Positions 27,693-37,041 of a stretch of 64,000 nt of DNA are shown here, in pieces. The DNA is from Candidatus Uhrbacteria bacterium (GTDB lineage: Bacteria; Patescibacteriota; Patescibacteriia; UBA9934). The position numbers and the translations under genes are program-made. The notes under the pieces were generated by a model that worked only from the letters and a program-made list of their open reading frames with translations, had not been told where the DNA came from and searched no databases. The stretch covers positions 705 through 64,704 of the forward strand of contig CALRHE010000002.1 in assembly GCA_943359345.1 (NCBI GenBank), in the 5' to 3' direction. How positions within the stretch are numbered: the first letter of the stretch is position 1; every line of letters begins with the position of its first letter.

Positions 27693-28412
27693 TCAAGACA
27701 ATAACGTCCCACGAAAGTCTTGGCCTAAAATGGCTTTTTCAACCTCCGCTAAATTCTTGCCATTTACAACCGCGACGGACATACCGTACTTGTGGCAAAA
27801 CTTGGCAGCGACGGGATCAAAAGGGGCCGATAGACCAGGTGACCATTCATCACCCACCAGCTGGCGATAGTCGCGCCAACGCAAGTCTTCATAGGCTTTG
27901 GCGTCTGGATTCGTGCGGGGGTCGTCGCTATAGACAAAGTCGATGTTCGACATGTTGATGACAGTCTTGGCGTCGAGGAGCTGGGCAATGCGGCAAGCTA
28001 CGAAGTCTGTGCTCCAGCCTGGTCGCCAACCAGCGCCAATTAACACATTCCCCTGCCATTCTTTAACCGGAGGAACTGCTAACGGGTTCTTATAAACAAT
28101 GGGATGAGCGACGTCGCGTAAGATAGTACGAACGAGGTGGCCGTTCAAGCGCGTAGCATGGATTCCCAGCCAGTCAAGGTCGTCATCAGAAATCTTTTGT
28201 ACATTCGAAGCTGCGTCAATGTAATGACGCGCCGTTTTGCCACCACCCGTTACAATGACTATCTTCCTGCCCTGCTCGATGACTTTCAACACGAGCTCGC
28301 GGAGCTGTTTCAAAAAATCTACATTCGGCCCGCCGTCAGGAACTATGAGCGAACCACCGACTGAAAGAATCAAGGGGTCATTGGAGTCGAGGGTTAAGTT
28401 TGGCATAAGCAT
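27693..28412 (-). CDS. pyrH: UMP kinase, archaeal-type amino-acid-kinase fold
   Basis: ...LILSVGGSLIVPDGG...VIVTGGGKTARHYI... amino acid kinase family signatures. Confidence 0.7.
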   Translation of the reverse strand: MLMPNLTLDSNDPLILSVGGSLIVPDGGPNVDFLKQLRELVLKVIEQGRKIVIVTGGGKTARHYIDAASNVQKISDDDLDWLGIHATRLNGHLVRTILRDVAHPIVYKNPLAVPPVKEWQGNVLIGAGWRPGWSTDFVACRIAQLLDAKTVINMSNIDFVYSDDPRTNPDAKAYEDLRWRDYRQLVGDEWSPGLSAPFDPVAAKFCHKYGMSVAVVNGKNLAEVEKAILGQDFRGTLLS

Positions 28413-28637
28413 TTATTCCGTGACGTCCATCGCCTCAAGTGAGGCAAATTTCTTCTTCAAGTCAACAACTTTATTGTCTACTTCTGCCAGCTTGTGTTTA
28501 CACATCTGGGCTAATTCAAGGCCACGCTCAAATTTCTTGAGTCCCTCATCCAAATCGACCTCGGCCGTTTCAAACCAAGCCGTGATGGTTTCAAGCTCCT
28601 GAAAGGCGTCTGCAAAGCTAGTCTGTTTCTTAACCAT
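28413..28637 (-). CDS. xseB: exodeoxyribonuclease VII small subunit
   Basis: ...FADAFQELETITAWFETAEVDLDEGLKKFERGLELAQMCKHKLAEVDNKV...; start at the Met at 28637 (MVKKQTSF). Confidence 0.7.
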   Translation of the reverse strand: MVKKQTSFADAFQELETITAWFETAEVDLDEGLKKFERGLELAQMCKHKLAEVDNKVVDLKKKFASLEAMDVTE

Positions 28638-28638
28638 A

Positions 28639-29919
28639 TTAGAGGAGTTTTTCTTGTTTATGCTGACCAATAACCTGTGTATCGATCTCGCCTTCGGCAA
28701 AGTGTAGCGTCAGTCGCTCACCCACCGCAAGTCGGAGTGGATCCCTGATAATTCCCCTAGCATTACGCACAATGGCATAACCACGCCGCAAAACCGTGTC
28801 TGGGTTAACACTCTCAAGCAAACGTTCAAAGGCCTTAAGGCCAGAACTCAAGCGTTCAAGAGTTAAGCGATAACGTTGTTCGTTAGCTTGCTCGCGCCGT
28901 TCAAGGTGTTCGCGTGTGGCTACGATGCTCAAGCGGAAACGATCAAAAGCATGTGATAAGCCTGTTGTTACCCCCTGGAACCGATGACCAACACCTATAA
29001 ACGTGCGTTCGAACAACATGGTTGATCTTTCGATACGAGCAAAATAGCCACTCAAACGGCCAGTCAGTCGGTCCTGAAGTCGATCTTCAATATACGCAAC
29101 CTGCCGCAGCAAGTCACGGCGATCGGCGTAAATGAGCTCGGCGGCGTTAGAAGGTGTCGAGGCCCGCACGTCGGATACAAAGTCGCATAAACTTTCGTCA
29201 CGCTCATGACCAACACCAACCACAACAGGAACGAGCGAGCCAAACACGGCCCGCACCACACGTTCGTCATTAAAAGCGTGCAGCTCTTCCAAGCTGCCAC
29301 CACCCCTGGTTAAGACGATGAGCTCAGGTCGCTCGTTGACTGGCAGTTGATTAAAAGTCGTAAAAGCCGCGCAGATCTCATCCACCGCATATTGACCTTG
29401 CACATGTACATTGGCGTGTACGATAGTGATGCCGCCGATACGATTACTCAGGATACGGATAAAGTCACCGTATGCAGCAGCTTCTTTTGAAGTGATTAAC
29501 CCGATTGTTTGCGGGAATCTTGGCAAGGCTCGCTTGCGAGCAAGCTCGAACAAACCCTCAGCCGTCAACTTGGCTTTTAACATTGCATAGGCCTTGGCGA
29601 ACGCGCCCTCGCCCACCGGCGTAACTGAACTAACGTTCAGCGAAAATTTACCAAAACGCTCAAACACTTTGGCATACCCAGAAGCTCGCACTCGCATGCC
29701 GCTCTGGATGGGAAGGCCGAGCTGATAAGTGGTCATGAAACAGGGTAACTTGGCATCGATGCTTTCGTCTTTCAAATCAAAGGTTACCCACTTGCCTTGC
29801 GAAATTTTAAAATCTGCTACCTCACCCTCAATCATAAACGTCTCCGAAGGAATACTTCGGAGTGTTTGATTGACGAGTCCCAGAAACTGGGCCACTGAAA
29901 TGGTGGGGATCTCAAGCAT
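28639..29919 (-). CDS. xseA: exodeoxyribonuclease VII large subunit
   Basis: N-terminal OB-fold (VSVAQFLGLVNQTL...FMIEGEVADFK...) and a catalytic core ...LTRGGGSLEEL..FNDERV...; probable start at the Met at 29919. Confidence 0.8.
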   Translation of the reverse strand: MLEIPTISVAQFLGLVNQTLRSIPSETFMIEGEVADFKISQGKWVTFDLKDESIDAKLPCFMTTYQLGLPIQSGMRVRASGYAKVFERFGKFSLNVSSVTPVGEGAFAKAYAMLKAKLTAEGLFELARKRALPRFPQTIGLITSKEAAAYGDFIRILSNRIGGITIVHANVHVQGQYAVDEICAAFTTFNQLPVNERPELIVLTRGGGSLEELHAFNDERVVRAVFGSLVPVVVGVGHERDESLCDFVSDVRASTPSNAAELIYADRRDLLRQVAYIEDRLQDRLTGRLSGYFARIERSTMLFERTFIGVGHRFQGVTTGLSHAFDRFRLSIVATREHLERREQANEQRYRLTLERLSSGLKAFERLLESVNPDTVLRRGYAIVRNARGIIRDPLRLAVGERLTLHFAEGEIDTQVIGQHKQEKLL

Positions 29920-29920
29920 G

Positions 29921-30772
29921 CTAGACAGGTTCAATATACATAATACGCTTCGGACCGTTGGTTGGATCCTCATTAATCCAATCACCCATAGCCTCCATGA
30001 TCACGTCGATGTCATAAATATAATTCTGGCCAAGTCTGGTGCCGGGATCGTTGGTGATAAAGGTCGTCTCGGTATAACCACGAATGACTAGCATATGGTA
30101 GAGCGGCCCCTCACCAGTGAAGTTGGGGTTGCCAAGCTCGCGACCAGCGGCTGGAACAATAACTGGCTTGCCAGCTGCGATCAGAGCCTTAATGTCGTCG
30201 CTGGTGGGGTTGTCGATAATGATCGCCTTGGTGCCTGAATCTTTAAGTAAAAACTCTTGAGCTTGAGCTAGGCTGATACTCGGACCCATACCCAAACTTT
30301 CTTCCGCCTGCACCATGCGTATGAGTTCCGGATCTGCCACAACAGGATCAAGTTCACCAACCGCAGCTCCAGCATAATATTCAAGCACCATGTAAAAGGC
30401 CGCTTCCTCACAAGCATCATTATGCAGCTCATCCCAATTACGGTACGGGGCCTGAGATGTAAACGGTACAGCTAAGTTAAACTCAAGCGGCGGCAGTGCT
30501 GGCACTGGCTCAGTTTTTGGCTCAAGCTCTGTATCGAGTTCCATCACTAAGTCCGGCTCCGGAGCAGGTACAGGTGCTGGCTGTGTTTCAGACGTTGGCT
30601 TGGTGACTTCGACATAAGTCACCGCCGGGATGTCAGAGCTAGGCGTCGGCTGAACTCGCAACGCTTCGATAATCTTTAAACTAAAGGCGACTATTAGAAC
30701 GACTAAAATCAAGAAGGCATACCAGGGGTTAAATTTTTTTTCCTGTCGGCGGCGGCGCGGAAAAGCCATCAT
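29921..30772 (-). CDS. membrane-anchored peptidase C39-like (PF13529-like) domain protein
   Basis: N-terminal TM helix, Pro-rich linker, then ...VPFTSQAPYRNWDELHNDACEEAAFYMVLEYY... Cys-containing C39_2-like motif. Confidence 0.5.
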   Translation of the reverse strand: MMAFPRRRRQEKKFNPWYAFLILVVLIVAFSLKIIEALRVQPTPSSDIPAVTYVEVTKPTSETQPAPVPAPEPDLVMELDTELEPKTEPVPALPPLEFNLAVPFTSQAPYRNWDELHNDACEEAAFYMVLEYYAGAAVGELDPVVADPELIRMVQAEESLGMGPSISLAQAQEFLLKDSGTKAIIIDNPTSDDIKALIAAGKPVIVPAAGRELGNPNFTGEGPLYHMLVIRGYTETTFITNDPGTRLGQNYIYDIDVIMEAMGDWINEDPTNGPKRIMYIEPV

Positions 30773-32157
30773 AATGGTTGGGATAAACTCCAGTTGCGCA
30801 GCGCCCAGGTAGCCCGAACGTCGTCCTCATTGTAATCGATCACGTCTTGCAGTGATTGCTGATTCCCGCTTTTTAACCAGTCTTCAAACCAGAGAACCGA
30901 ATTCAAGCCCGAAGCGTCATCGTGCCGCCAGCGAAAACCAATGTACTGAGCAATATCTTTAAGAGAATAAAATGACAACGGAAAAACTACAGCTTCCCGT
31001 AAGCGCACCAGAATATCGATAGACTGTTCTTCGAGCATTAACAAGACCTCGCGATCAGTCCCATACTTTTCTCCCAAGCTCCGAAAAATATCTTGTTCAG
31101 ACCAACCATAATGATAAATCGGCGTGCCGATGTAACCACGTACAAACTTGATAAATTGCTCCCAAGCTTGCTGCTCGTGTTCAGGGTCCTTGGCTAAAAA
31201 GGCATGATATTTTTCGTCTTTGCCATTAACCTCAAGTACGCCAAACAAGTAGTGAGCGTCGCGCAACGGATCACTTTCAACATCAACAATCAGAGCGGTG
31301 TCGCCAGCGGGGAGATCAACTGGCCGCAAAATAAAGTGTCGCTTTTCGGCCAAAGCTCGAGCCTGCAGGTGAAGAAACTCCAAGCGATCGCGAGCTACAC
31401 CCGTAACCTTGCTCGCTACTAGATCAGGGTGAACAGCGGCAAGCTCAGTCACAGTAGTGAAGCCAGCTGAGTTAAATTCCTTCACCTCGCTCCGCCAAAT
31501 TCGGTTTAAACGTGACAGATCATCACAGATCACAGCCTGTTTTTTACACTCGTGAAACCAAGGTGATTGTTTACAGTCAGAGGTGAGGAAATGCGGCTCA
31601 GCATCACCGTCCAAAATACGCTCAATCGAATCAAGCGTAAGATGATATCGGGTAGCCGTTTCCGACAATAAATAACTTTCTATTTCGCCATTCGGACGCA
31701 TGACGTAACCCTGGATCGGCTTATTGCCCTGGATCAACCCCAAAATCTCGGCATAAAAACAGCCCTGTACCCTGTACTCATCCTTCAAATGCCTGGAGCG
31801 CTTAATGTCGCAAGCGATGTAATAATAATTTCCAAAACTCGACTTACCTTCGACCCTCTCTAGAATATCTGGTCTGGCTACAAACCGATCATGAATCAGC
31901 ACGCCACGATATATGCTCTGAGCCCCCTTTTTCATCTCTTCAAGCGTGTGAACAACAGCTTCATCCATGTCTTCGGCCACAATCTCAACCACCTTCCGGT
32001 TGGCCAGCAATTTGCGTTCAACTTCAGGCAAGAGTCCATCCTCTTGCAAACGCCGACGCAAAGCATCCTCAAGATGCCCGGCCTTGGCATCATGTGCCAC
32101 CCAAGACGGACACTTTAAATATTGATAAAAAGTATGTTCGTAAATGCGCGGGCGCAT
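30769..32157 (-). CDS. RecB-family nuclease, TM0106-like (PD-(D/E)xK N-domain plus RNase H-like C-domain)
   Basis: ...YYIACDIKRS... (DxK); C-terminal ...ALIVDVESDP...YHYGWSEQDIF... RNase H-like exonuclease signature; 4-bp overlap with the downstream C39-like gene. Confidence 0.5.
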   Translation of the reverse strand: MRPRIYEHTFYQYLKCPSWVAHDAKAGHLEDALRRRLQEDGLLPEVERKLLANRKVVEIVAEDMDEAVVHTLEEMKKGAQSIYRGVLIHDRFVARPDILERVEGKSSFGNYYYIACDIKRSRHLKDEYRVQGCFYAEILGLIQGNKPIQGYVMRPNGEIESYLLSETATRYHLTLDSIERILDGDAEPHFLTSDCKQSPWFHECKKQAVICDDLSRLNRIWRSEVKEFNSAGFTTVTELAAVHPDLVASKVTGVARDRLEFLHLQARALAEKRHFILRPVDLPAGDTALIVDVESDPLRDAHYLFGVLEVNGKDEKYHAFLAKDPEHEQQAWEQFIKFVRGYIGTPIYHYGWSEQDIFRSLGEKYGTDREVLLMLEEQSIDILVRLREAVVFPLSFYSLKDIAQYIGFRWRHDDASGLNSVLWFEDWLKSGNQQSLQDVIDYNEDDVRATWALRNWSLSQPL

Positions 32158-32189
32158 ACTTTAAGGATATAGGACAGCGCCCAAAAAAG

Positions 32190-33200
32190 CTAAAGCTTTC
32201 TCACGATCCCCTGGTTGGCATCGACTTCTACCATATCGCCGTCCTTGAAGACTTTGCTAGCGATCTTGGTGCCAATGATACACGGCTTCCCAAGTTCACG
32301 AGCAACAATTGCGGCATGGCAGGTGATGCCACCCTCATCTGTAACAAAGGCTACGGCCTTTTTCATGGCGGGCAAGAAGTCAGGAGTAGTCATCGGCGAA
32401 ACAATGACGTCACCTACCTCTACCTGAGCAACTTGATCTTTCTTTCTTACAATCTTGACCCGTCCTCGGGCAAGTCCCATTTGAGCTATCTGGCCCTTGA
32501 TCTCACGCCAACCTTCTTGCTCATTCGCGTGATCTTGCAAGACAATAACGGGACGCGTTTGGATGTATTCGTGCAATGAAATGAGGCCTAATGGCTGGCC
32601 ATCTACAAACAGAAATTTAGCGCACCGCTCCTCTAAAATTGCTGGGTCAAGCCCGGCTTCAAGATCAGCCATGGTGACATGTGAGATCAAATCAAGATGA
32701 TGTGGTAGCAAATTGCACAAAGATGCTTGGATATATTTTTCCGCATCCACAAAAAACTGATCTTCGCTCCTTATCTGCATACCTTCGTCACGAGCCGCCT
32801 GCAGAGATTCTTCGCAGGTAATGACGTAAAAAAGCGTGTGTAGATTAGCCAAGGCTTCGCGCATCTTCACGAGCGATGCCTTGAGTTCGCCTACAGCTTG
32901 CGAAGGCCGTGACCACATATCTTGCAGATCGCTCAACTGCTGACGATACGTGCTCGCCGTCTGACGGATGAGCTCAAGATTTTGCCCATAAGTTTGTCCG
33001 GCCTTGGCCACCATCCAATCTTGATAAGCGATGTTCATCCAGATGTCGATCAGTCCGTCAGCGGCGTCAATAAAAATTGCCGGGCGTGGAAAATCCAAAT
33101 CACCAAAACGTACCGGAAGATCGATCAAACTAGTTTGCATCCAAATTTCCTGCGTTAGCAGAGCTGATTCACGACTGTATTTTTTCTCAAAGACAATCAT
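32190..33200 (-). CDS. PEP-utilising enzyme, central plus C-terminal phosphohistidine (mobile) domain half
   Basis: C-terminal ...VTDEGGITCHAAIVARELGKPCIIGT... is the PEP-utilisers swivel domain (PF00391) with the catalytic His. Confidence 0.6.
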   Translation of the reverse strand: MIVFEKKYSRESALLTQEIWMQTSLIDLPVRFGDLDFPRPAIFIDAADGLIDIWMNIAYQDWMVAKAGQTYGQNLELIRQTASTYRQQLSDLQDMWSRPSQAVGELKASLVKMREALANLHTLFYVITCEESLQAARDEGMQIRSEDQFFVDAEKYIQASLCNLLPHHLDLISHVTMADLEAGLDPAILEERCAKFLFVDGQPLGLISLHEYIQTRPVIVLQDHANEQEGWREIKGQIAQMGLARGRVKIVRKKDQVAQVEVGDVIVSPMTTPDFLPAMKKAVAFVTDEGGITCHAAIVARELGKPCIIGTKIASKVFKDGDMVEVDANQGIVRKL

Positions 33201-33202
33201 AT

Positions 33203-33820
33203 TCAGATAACTTTCGCGGCTTCTTGCAGCGCCTCCTGGAAAAGATTTTGCAGTGTGTTCATACGCCCCTCATCAGCTCGCTGCAGAGCACTGACGTACT
33301 CTCGTCTACGCATTGGGGTTTCAACGTGCAACTCGACAGGTGGCAAATCAAGATTGAGCAAAATAATATTCGTCAGCAAGCGCCCGATTCGACCGTTGTA
33401 ATCTTGAAAAGGATGGATCCAAAGAAAGCTATGATGAGCCCAAGCCAATAGCTCAATCAGTTGTTCTAGAAACTTCGGATCCTGCACGGTTGGCAAATGG
33501 CGTATCCGTTCAGCGAGATCGGCACAATAGTCGGCCATGCGTTCTGGAACTTTTATAAATTTGGGAGGGTGATGTTTTGAAACCTGTACGTCAACTTTAC
33601 GAAATCGACCGCCAAGATCCGGAAAGATCCATTTGAAACCTATCTCGTGCAACTTCTTGAGGAGCTCGGGCGTGATCGCGATCTCCGTTGTTTGACTCAA
33701 CCGTAAAACAAAATCCCATGCCCGTTGGATTCCCTCGAGCTCGAGCGGGATCAACTGAGAACGTGGAATAATGCCAAAGGCCGTATCCTTGTAGCTTGTC
33801 TCACCTGCTCTACGAGCCAT
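33203..33820 (-). CDS. Fic/Doc-family protein (putative AMPylator/toxin)
   Basis: HPFQDYNGRIGR matches the Fic motif HPFx(D/E)GNGRxxR with Gly to Tyr at position 6; 2-bp gap to the downstream PEP-utilising half. Confidence 0.75.
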   Translation of the reverse strand: MARRAGETSYKDTAFGIIPRSQLIPLELEGIQRAWDFVLRLSQTTEIAITPELLKKLHEIGFKWIFPDLGGRFRKVDVQVSKHHPPKFIKVPERMADYCADLAERIRHLPTVQDPKFLEQLIELLAWAHHSFLWIHPFQDYNGRIGRLLTNIILLNLDLPPVELHVETPMRRREYVSALQRADEGRMNTLQNLFQEALQEAAKVI

Positions 33821-34044
33821 AAAGCCTATGTTCGCTTGCGCATCGACGCAGTTACCATTTGCCTGGTGGTTTCAGGGTTTTCGGTTTTAGTCGTACGATA
33901 AAGCATCTTAGGTAAAAACCTGCGAAGATAGTTCCTACGCACTGCGCTTCTTTTAGAAGAACGCTGATAGCGGAGCAGCGATAACAAAATTCCCTTATTC
34001 AACATATTAACTAAACGGTAGCATGCTTAAAAGATCCTCACAAC

Positions 34045-34998
34045 TCATAACGTCGTAATTGGCCGGCTTTGGAGAATATACGCTTTTCCATCCTCCATCG
34101 CCCATTCGATGTCGCAGGGGAAGCCATAGTGAGTTTCGATGTTCTTGAAAATTTGCACAAGGGCATGAAGCTTATCAGAAGCAATCTTCTGTCGAGCAAC
34201 TTTGTCAGTTGGAACACCGACGCGTTCATTGCTGTGCTGACCTCGAACCAACATGAAGTCTTGAGCAGCGATATTCACGTCGATGATCGAGTCGTCACGC
34301 TTGTCGACAATGTAAGCATCAGGCGTGACCATCCCACCGACGATGTATTCGCCTAGGCCCCAACAAGCTTCGATGATCATTTGGTTGACGTCACGTGTGA
34401 CGGGGTGGACGGTAAACGTGATGCCAGAGACCTCACTTTGAACCATCTGTTGAATGACAACCGCAACTGAAACATACGACTTGCGCATACCTTTTTCGTT
34501 GCGGTACACGATGGCTCGCGGAGTAAACAATGACGCCCAGCATTTCTTCACGTTGCCGAGCAAAACTTTTTCTGTGGTATTCAAATAACTCTCAAGTTCC
34601 CCCGCCCAACTAGCCGTAGACGAGTCTTCGGCTGTGGCTGACGAACGAACGGCGACGAACTCGGAGCCGAGTTTGTGAAACTCGCTCAAAATTTGTGTTT
34701 CGATGTCCGCCGGAAATCTCGCATCGTGTAAAAGATCGTGAAGAATGCGTGAAGCTCGCTCAACCGAAGCCACGTCATCGTAATTTACTTTATTAAGTTC
34801 GGCCTCAACTTCCGCTTTCAAATTCGTCTCGTCGAGAAACCTGTCAAAGGCACTAGCAAGAATCACAAACCCAGGCGGGACAGGAATCCCGGCCTGAGTC
34901 ATCTCTCCGAGCGACGCGCCTTTACCCCCGGCTTCGTGGACAGAATTTTTGCTTAGCTGCGTGAAGGGCTTTACGAACATATAAACGATGCCCTCCAA
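34045..34998 (-). CDS. PEP synthase/pyruvate phosphate dikinase N-terminal ATP-grasp domain protein (PPDK_N only)
   Basis: ...SKNSVHEAGGKGASLGEMTQAGIPVPPGFV... and ...YILQSRPIT at the C-terminus (PF01326); stops at the domain boundary. Confidence 0.7.
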   Translation of the reverse strand: MEGIVYMFVKPFTQLSKNSVHEAGGKGASLGEMTQAGIPVPPGFVILASAFDRFLDETNLKAEVEAELNKVNYDDVASVERASRILHDLLHDARFPADIETQILSEFHKLGSEFVAVRSSATAEDSSTASWAGELESYLNTTEKVLLGNVKKCWASLFTPRAIVYRNEKGMRKSYVSVAVVIQQMVQSEVSGITFTVHPVTRDVNQMIIEACWGLGEYIVGGMVTPDAYIVDKRDDSIIDVNIAAQDFMLVRGQHSNERVGVPTDKVARQKIASDKLHALVQIFKNIETHYGFPCDIEWAMEDGKAYILQSRPITTL

Positions 34999-35014
34999 CT
35001 TAAATCTGTAGTTT

Positions 35015-35677
35015 TTAGTCCTGAGTTGATTTGTCCTCCACCACCACCTTAGTCATGACATCACCCACCTTGATTTTATCTACCACGTCCATGCCCTCGA
35101 GTACGCGGCCGAAAACCGTGTAATTATTATCCAAGAAATAAGCTGGGCCAAGCGTGATGTAGAACTGACTACCGGCGGAGTTGGGGTCCATGGAGCGGGC
35201 CATGGCTACAATCCCGCGGTCGTGCTTAACCGCATTGAATTCGGCAGGGATTGAATACCCTGGGCCACCAGTACCATTGCCAAGCGGGTCACCGCCCTGA
35301 ATGACAAACCCGTCTTCACGACGATGGAATTTCAAACCATCGTAATAACCACCTTGAGTCAGGTACACAAAATTAGACACGGTTACAGGCGCTACATCAG
35401 ACAACAGTTCAAACACAATGTCACCTTTGTCGGTAGTTATGCGAATGTGTTTGTTTTCAAGCTGGTCGGCAGGTAATTGACCTGGAAAAGTCCAGGTGGG
35501 GGTGTCAGCTGACATAGAGGTTTCCAATGAATCATCAAGGGTGTCTGACTCCGATTCTACACAACCCGCACCAAACGTCAAAAAGGCCAGTGCTAAAAAC
35601 ACGGATGGGGAAAGCTTTAACATAGACACAAAATTATTCAGTTTGAGCATGCGCAACCTGCGCTTCCAAGGCTTCAA
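35015..35677 (-). CDS. secreted cyclophilin-type peptidyl-prolyl cis-trans isomerase
   Basis: Signal peptide, then ...[24 protein letters not shown]...[14 protein letters not shown]... Confidence 0.8.
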   Translation of the reverse strand: MKPWKRRLRMLKLNNFVSMLKLSPSVFLALAFLTFGAGCVESESDTLDDSLETSMSADTPTWTFPGQLPADQLENKHIRITTDKGDIVFELLSDVAPVTVSNFVYLTQGGYYDGLKFHRREDGFVIQGGDPLGNGTGGPGYSIPAEFNAVKHDRGIVAMARSMDPNSAGSQFYITLGPAYFLDNNYTVFGRVLEGMDVVDKIKVGDVMTKVVVEDKSTQD

Positions 35678-35911
35678 CCTTGGCCCCCTGAACTTCTAGT
35701 GCGTAAATCGATGTAAACAAAACCGCTGTCAAAGAAAAGACTAACACTAACATAAGTGCCATCAATTCCATGCTGCCGGCTGGCAAAGCATGGCAACTAC
35801 GACACACATTCGGTACTGACTGGATGGGAGTTGCGGATAGGGCCGACTTTCGTGCCCGGGCCGAGCTAACTTTTTTCGCGCGTGATGATGTAGGCATACC
35901 TCCCGAGTAGG

Positions 35912-36685
35912 CTAAATTTGAATCTTATCAAGTATACCATATTCGCTCAGTGGTTGAAGTGGCTCAGCCTGAGCACAACCACCGTTGCTTGAGGTGAACC
36001 ATCGGGCCACAAACACAAACTTTAAACTTGTAGGGGCGTCACCGATGTCAACTATAGCCTGCCGTTCAAGACGTGAACTAGCCTCGCCGTCGCCTACCCT
36101 GACCACGCCATTACACCCGCCTTGTTCTCCAAGCTCCAGAATACGCACCAACTCTTGATCTGGCTGGCTGAAACCGACAGCGATTTCGTAACCGACAGCT
36201 TCGGACGGAGCTTCTGCCAGGAGTTCATCGTAGACGTTAGTAAACACTGGTGGGTTAAAATCCAATACGTTACCAAGCGCAAAGGTACCCAACCTAGCAG
36301 TTTCGATAGTAATCAATTCTGAGGTGTGAGCTACAACCGGCGTAACCGCTTCCCACATATCTAGACTCTCGTGAAAACGATACACACGATACCCGTCAAT
36401 CAAGGCTAGATCCGTCTCGAAAATTTTAAAACTCACTCTGACAGGCTCTTCTAGAACAACTCCATCAGGGGTAGTCAGGTACCCTGAACCGATCAACGGC
36501 GCCGCGAGTGCAGAGCCCATTGTCACAGTTAGCGGCTGCGTGTTTCTAACAAACCCGGTCACGGTGGCAATCCCGTCTAGGCTGCTCACACTCGAGTCTT
36601 CGGGATTTATAAACATCAAATATCCAGCCGTAATCAGCGCAACTGCCAAAATCGTCAAAGATGAAAGCCCACGTTCAGACAACAT
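35912..36685 (-). CDS. hypothetical membrane-anchored protein
   Basis: N-terminal TM helix; no recognisable domain. Confidence 0.45.
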   Translation of the reverse strand: MLSERGLSSLTILAVALITAGYLMFINPEDSSVSSLDGIATVTGFVRNTQPLTVTMGSALAAPLIGSGYLTTPDGVVLEEPVRVSFKIFETDLALIDGYRVYRFHESLDMWEAVTPVVAHTSELITIETARLGTFALGNVLDFNPPVFTNVYDELLAEAPSEAVGYEIAVGFSQPDQELVRILELGEQGGCNGVVRVGDGEASSRLERQAIVDIGDAPTSLKFVFVARWFTSSNGGCAQAEPLQPLSEYGILDKIQI

Positions 36686-36689
36686 GGGA

Positions 36690-37040
36690 CAAGTATAACA
36701 AACAGAAGACCCTCGTTAGCAATCTCCCAGCAGAGGCTGAGCGACTTAAAACGAGGGCCGAGACAAAACGGAGTGTAGAAAACAGATACGGATGTGGTCC
36801 GTGATACGTGCAGGCTTGCGGCGCAAACGTTTGGCGCCGCATCGGGGTTCCCCAACCCCTTACTCCTGCACGGAGAGTTTACCTGCGCCGCCCCCGACGC
36901 AGACTCTACACAGCTTACTAAGCGGCTTCTACTCAAGCTCGCGTCTCAGCTGCCATCACGGCCACGCTATCCGCATCTTGTTCATGTACGTAAACAGAGC
37001 TTACATGAATGTTACGCAAAAGTCAAATTCGAGACCCCAC
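36690..37040 (-). ncRNA. GC-rich structured non-coding region (candidate ncRNA or leader, class unknown)
   Basis: No credible ORF; the overlapping ORFs on both strands are typical of a GC-rich non-coding stretch. Three-way junction: CGTGCAGG...[GGGGTTggggAACCCC][GCGGCGCcaaacgtttgGCGCCGC]...CCTGCACG. Confidence 0.3.
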
Positions 37041-37041
37041 G

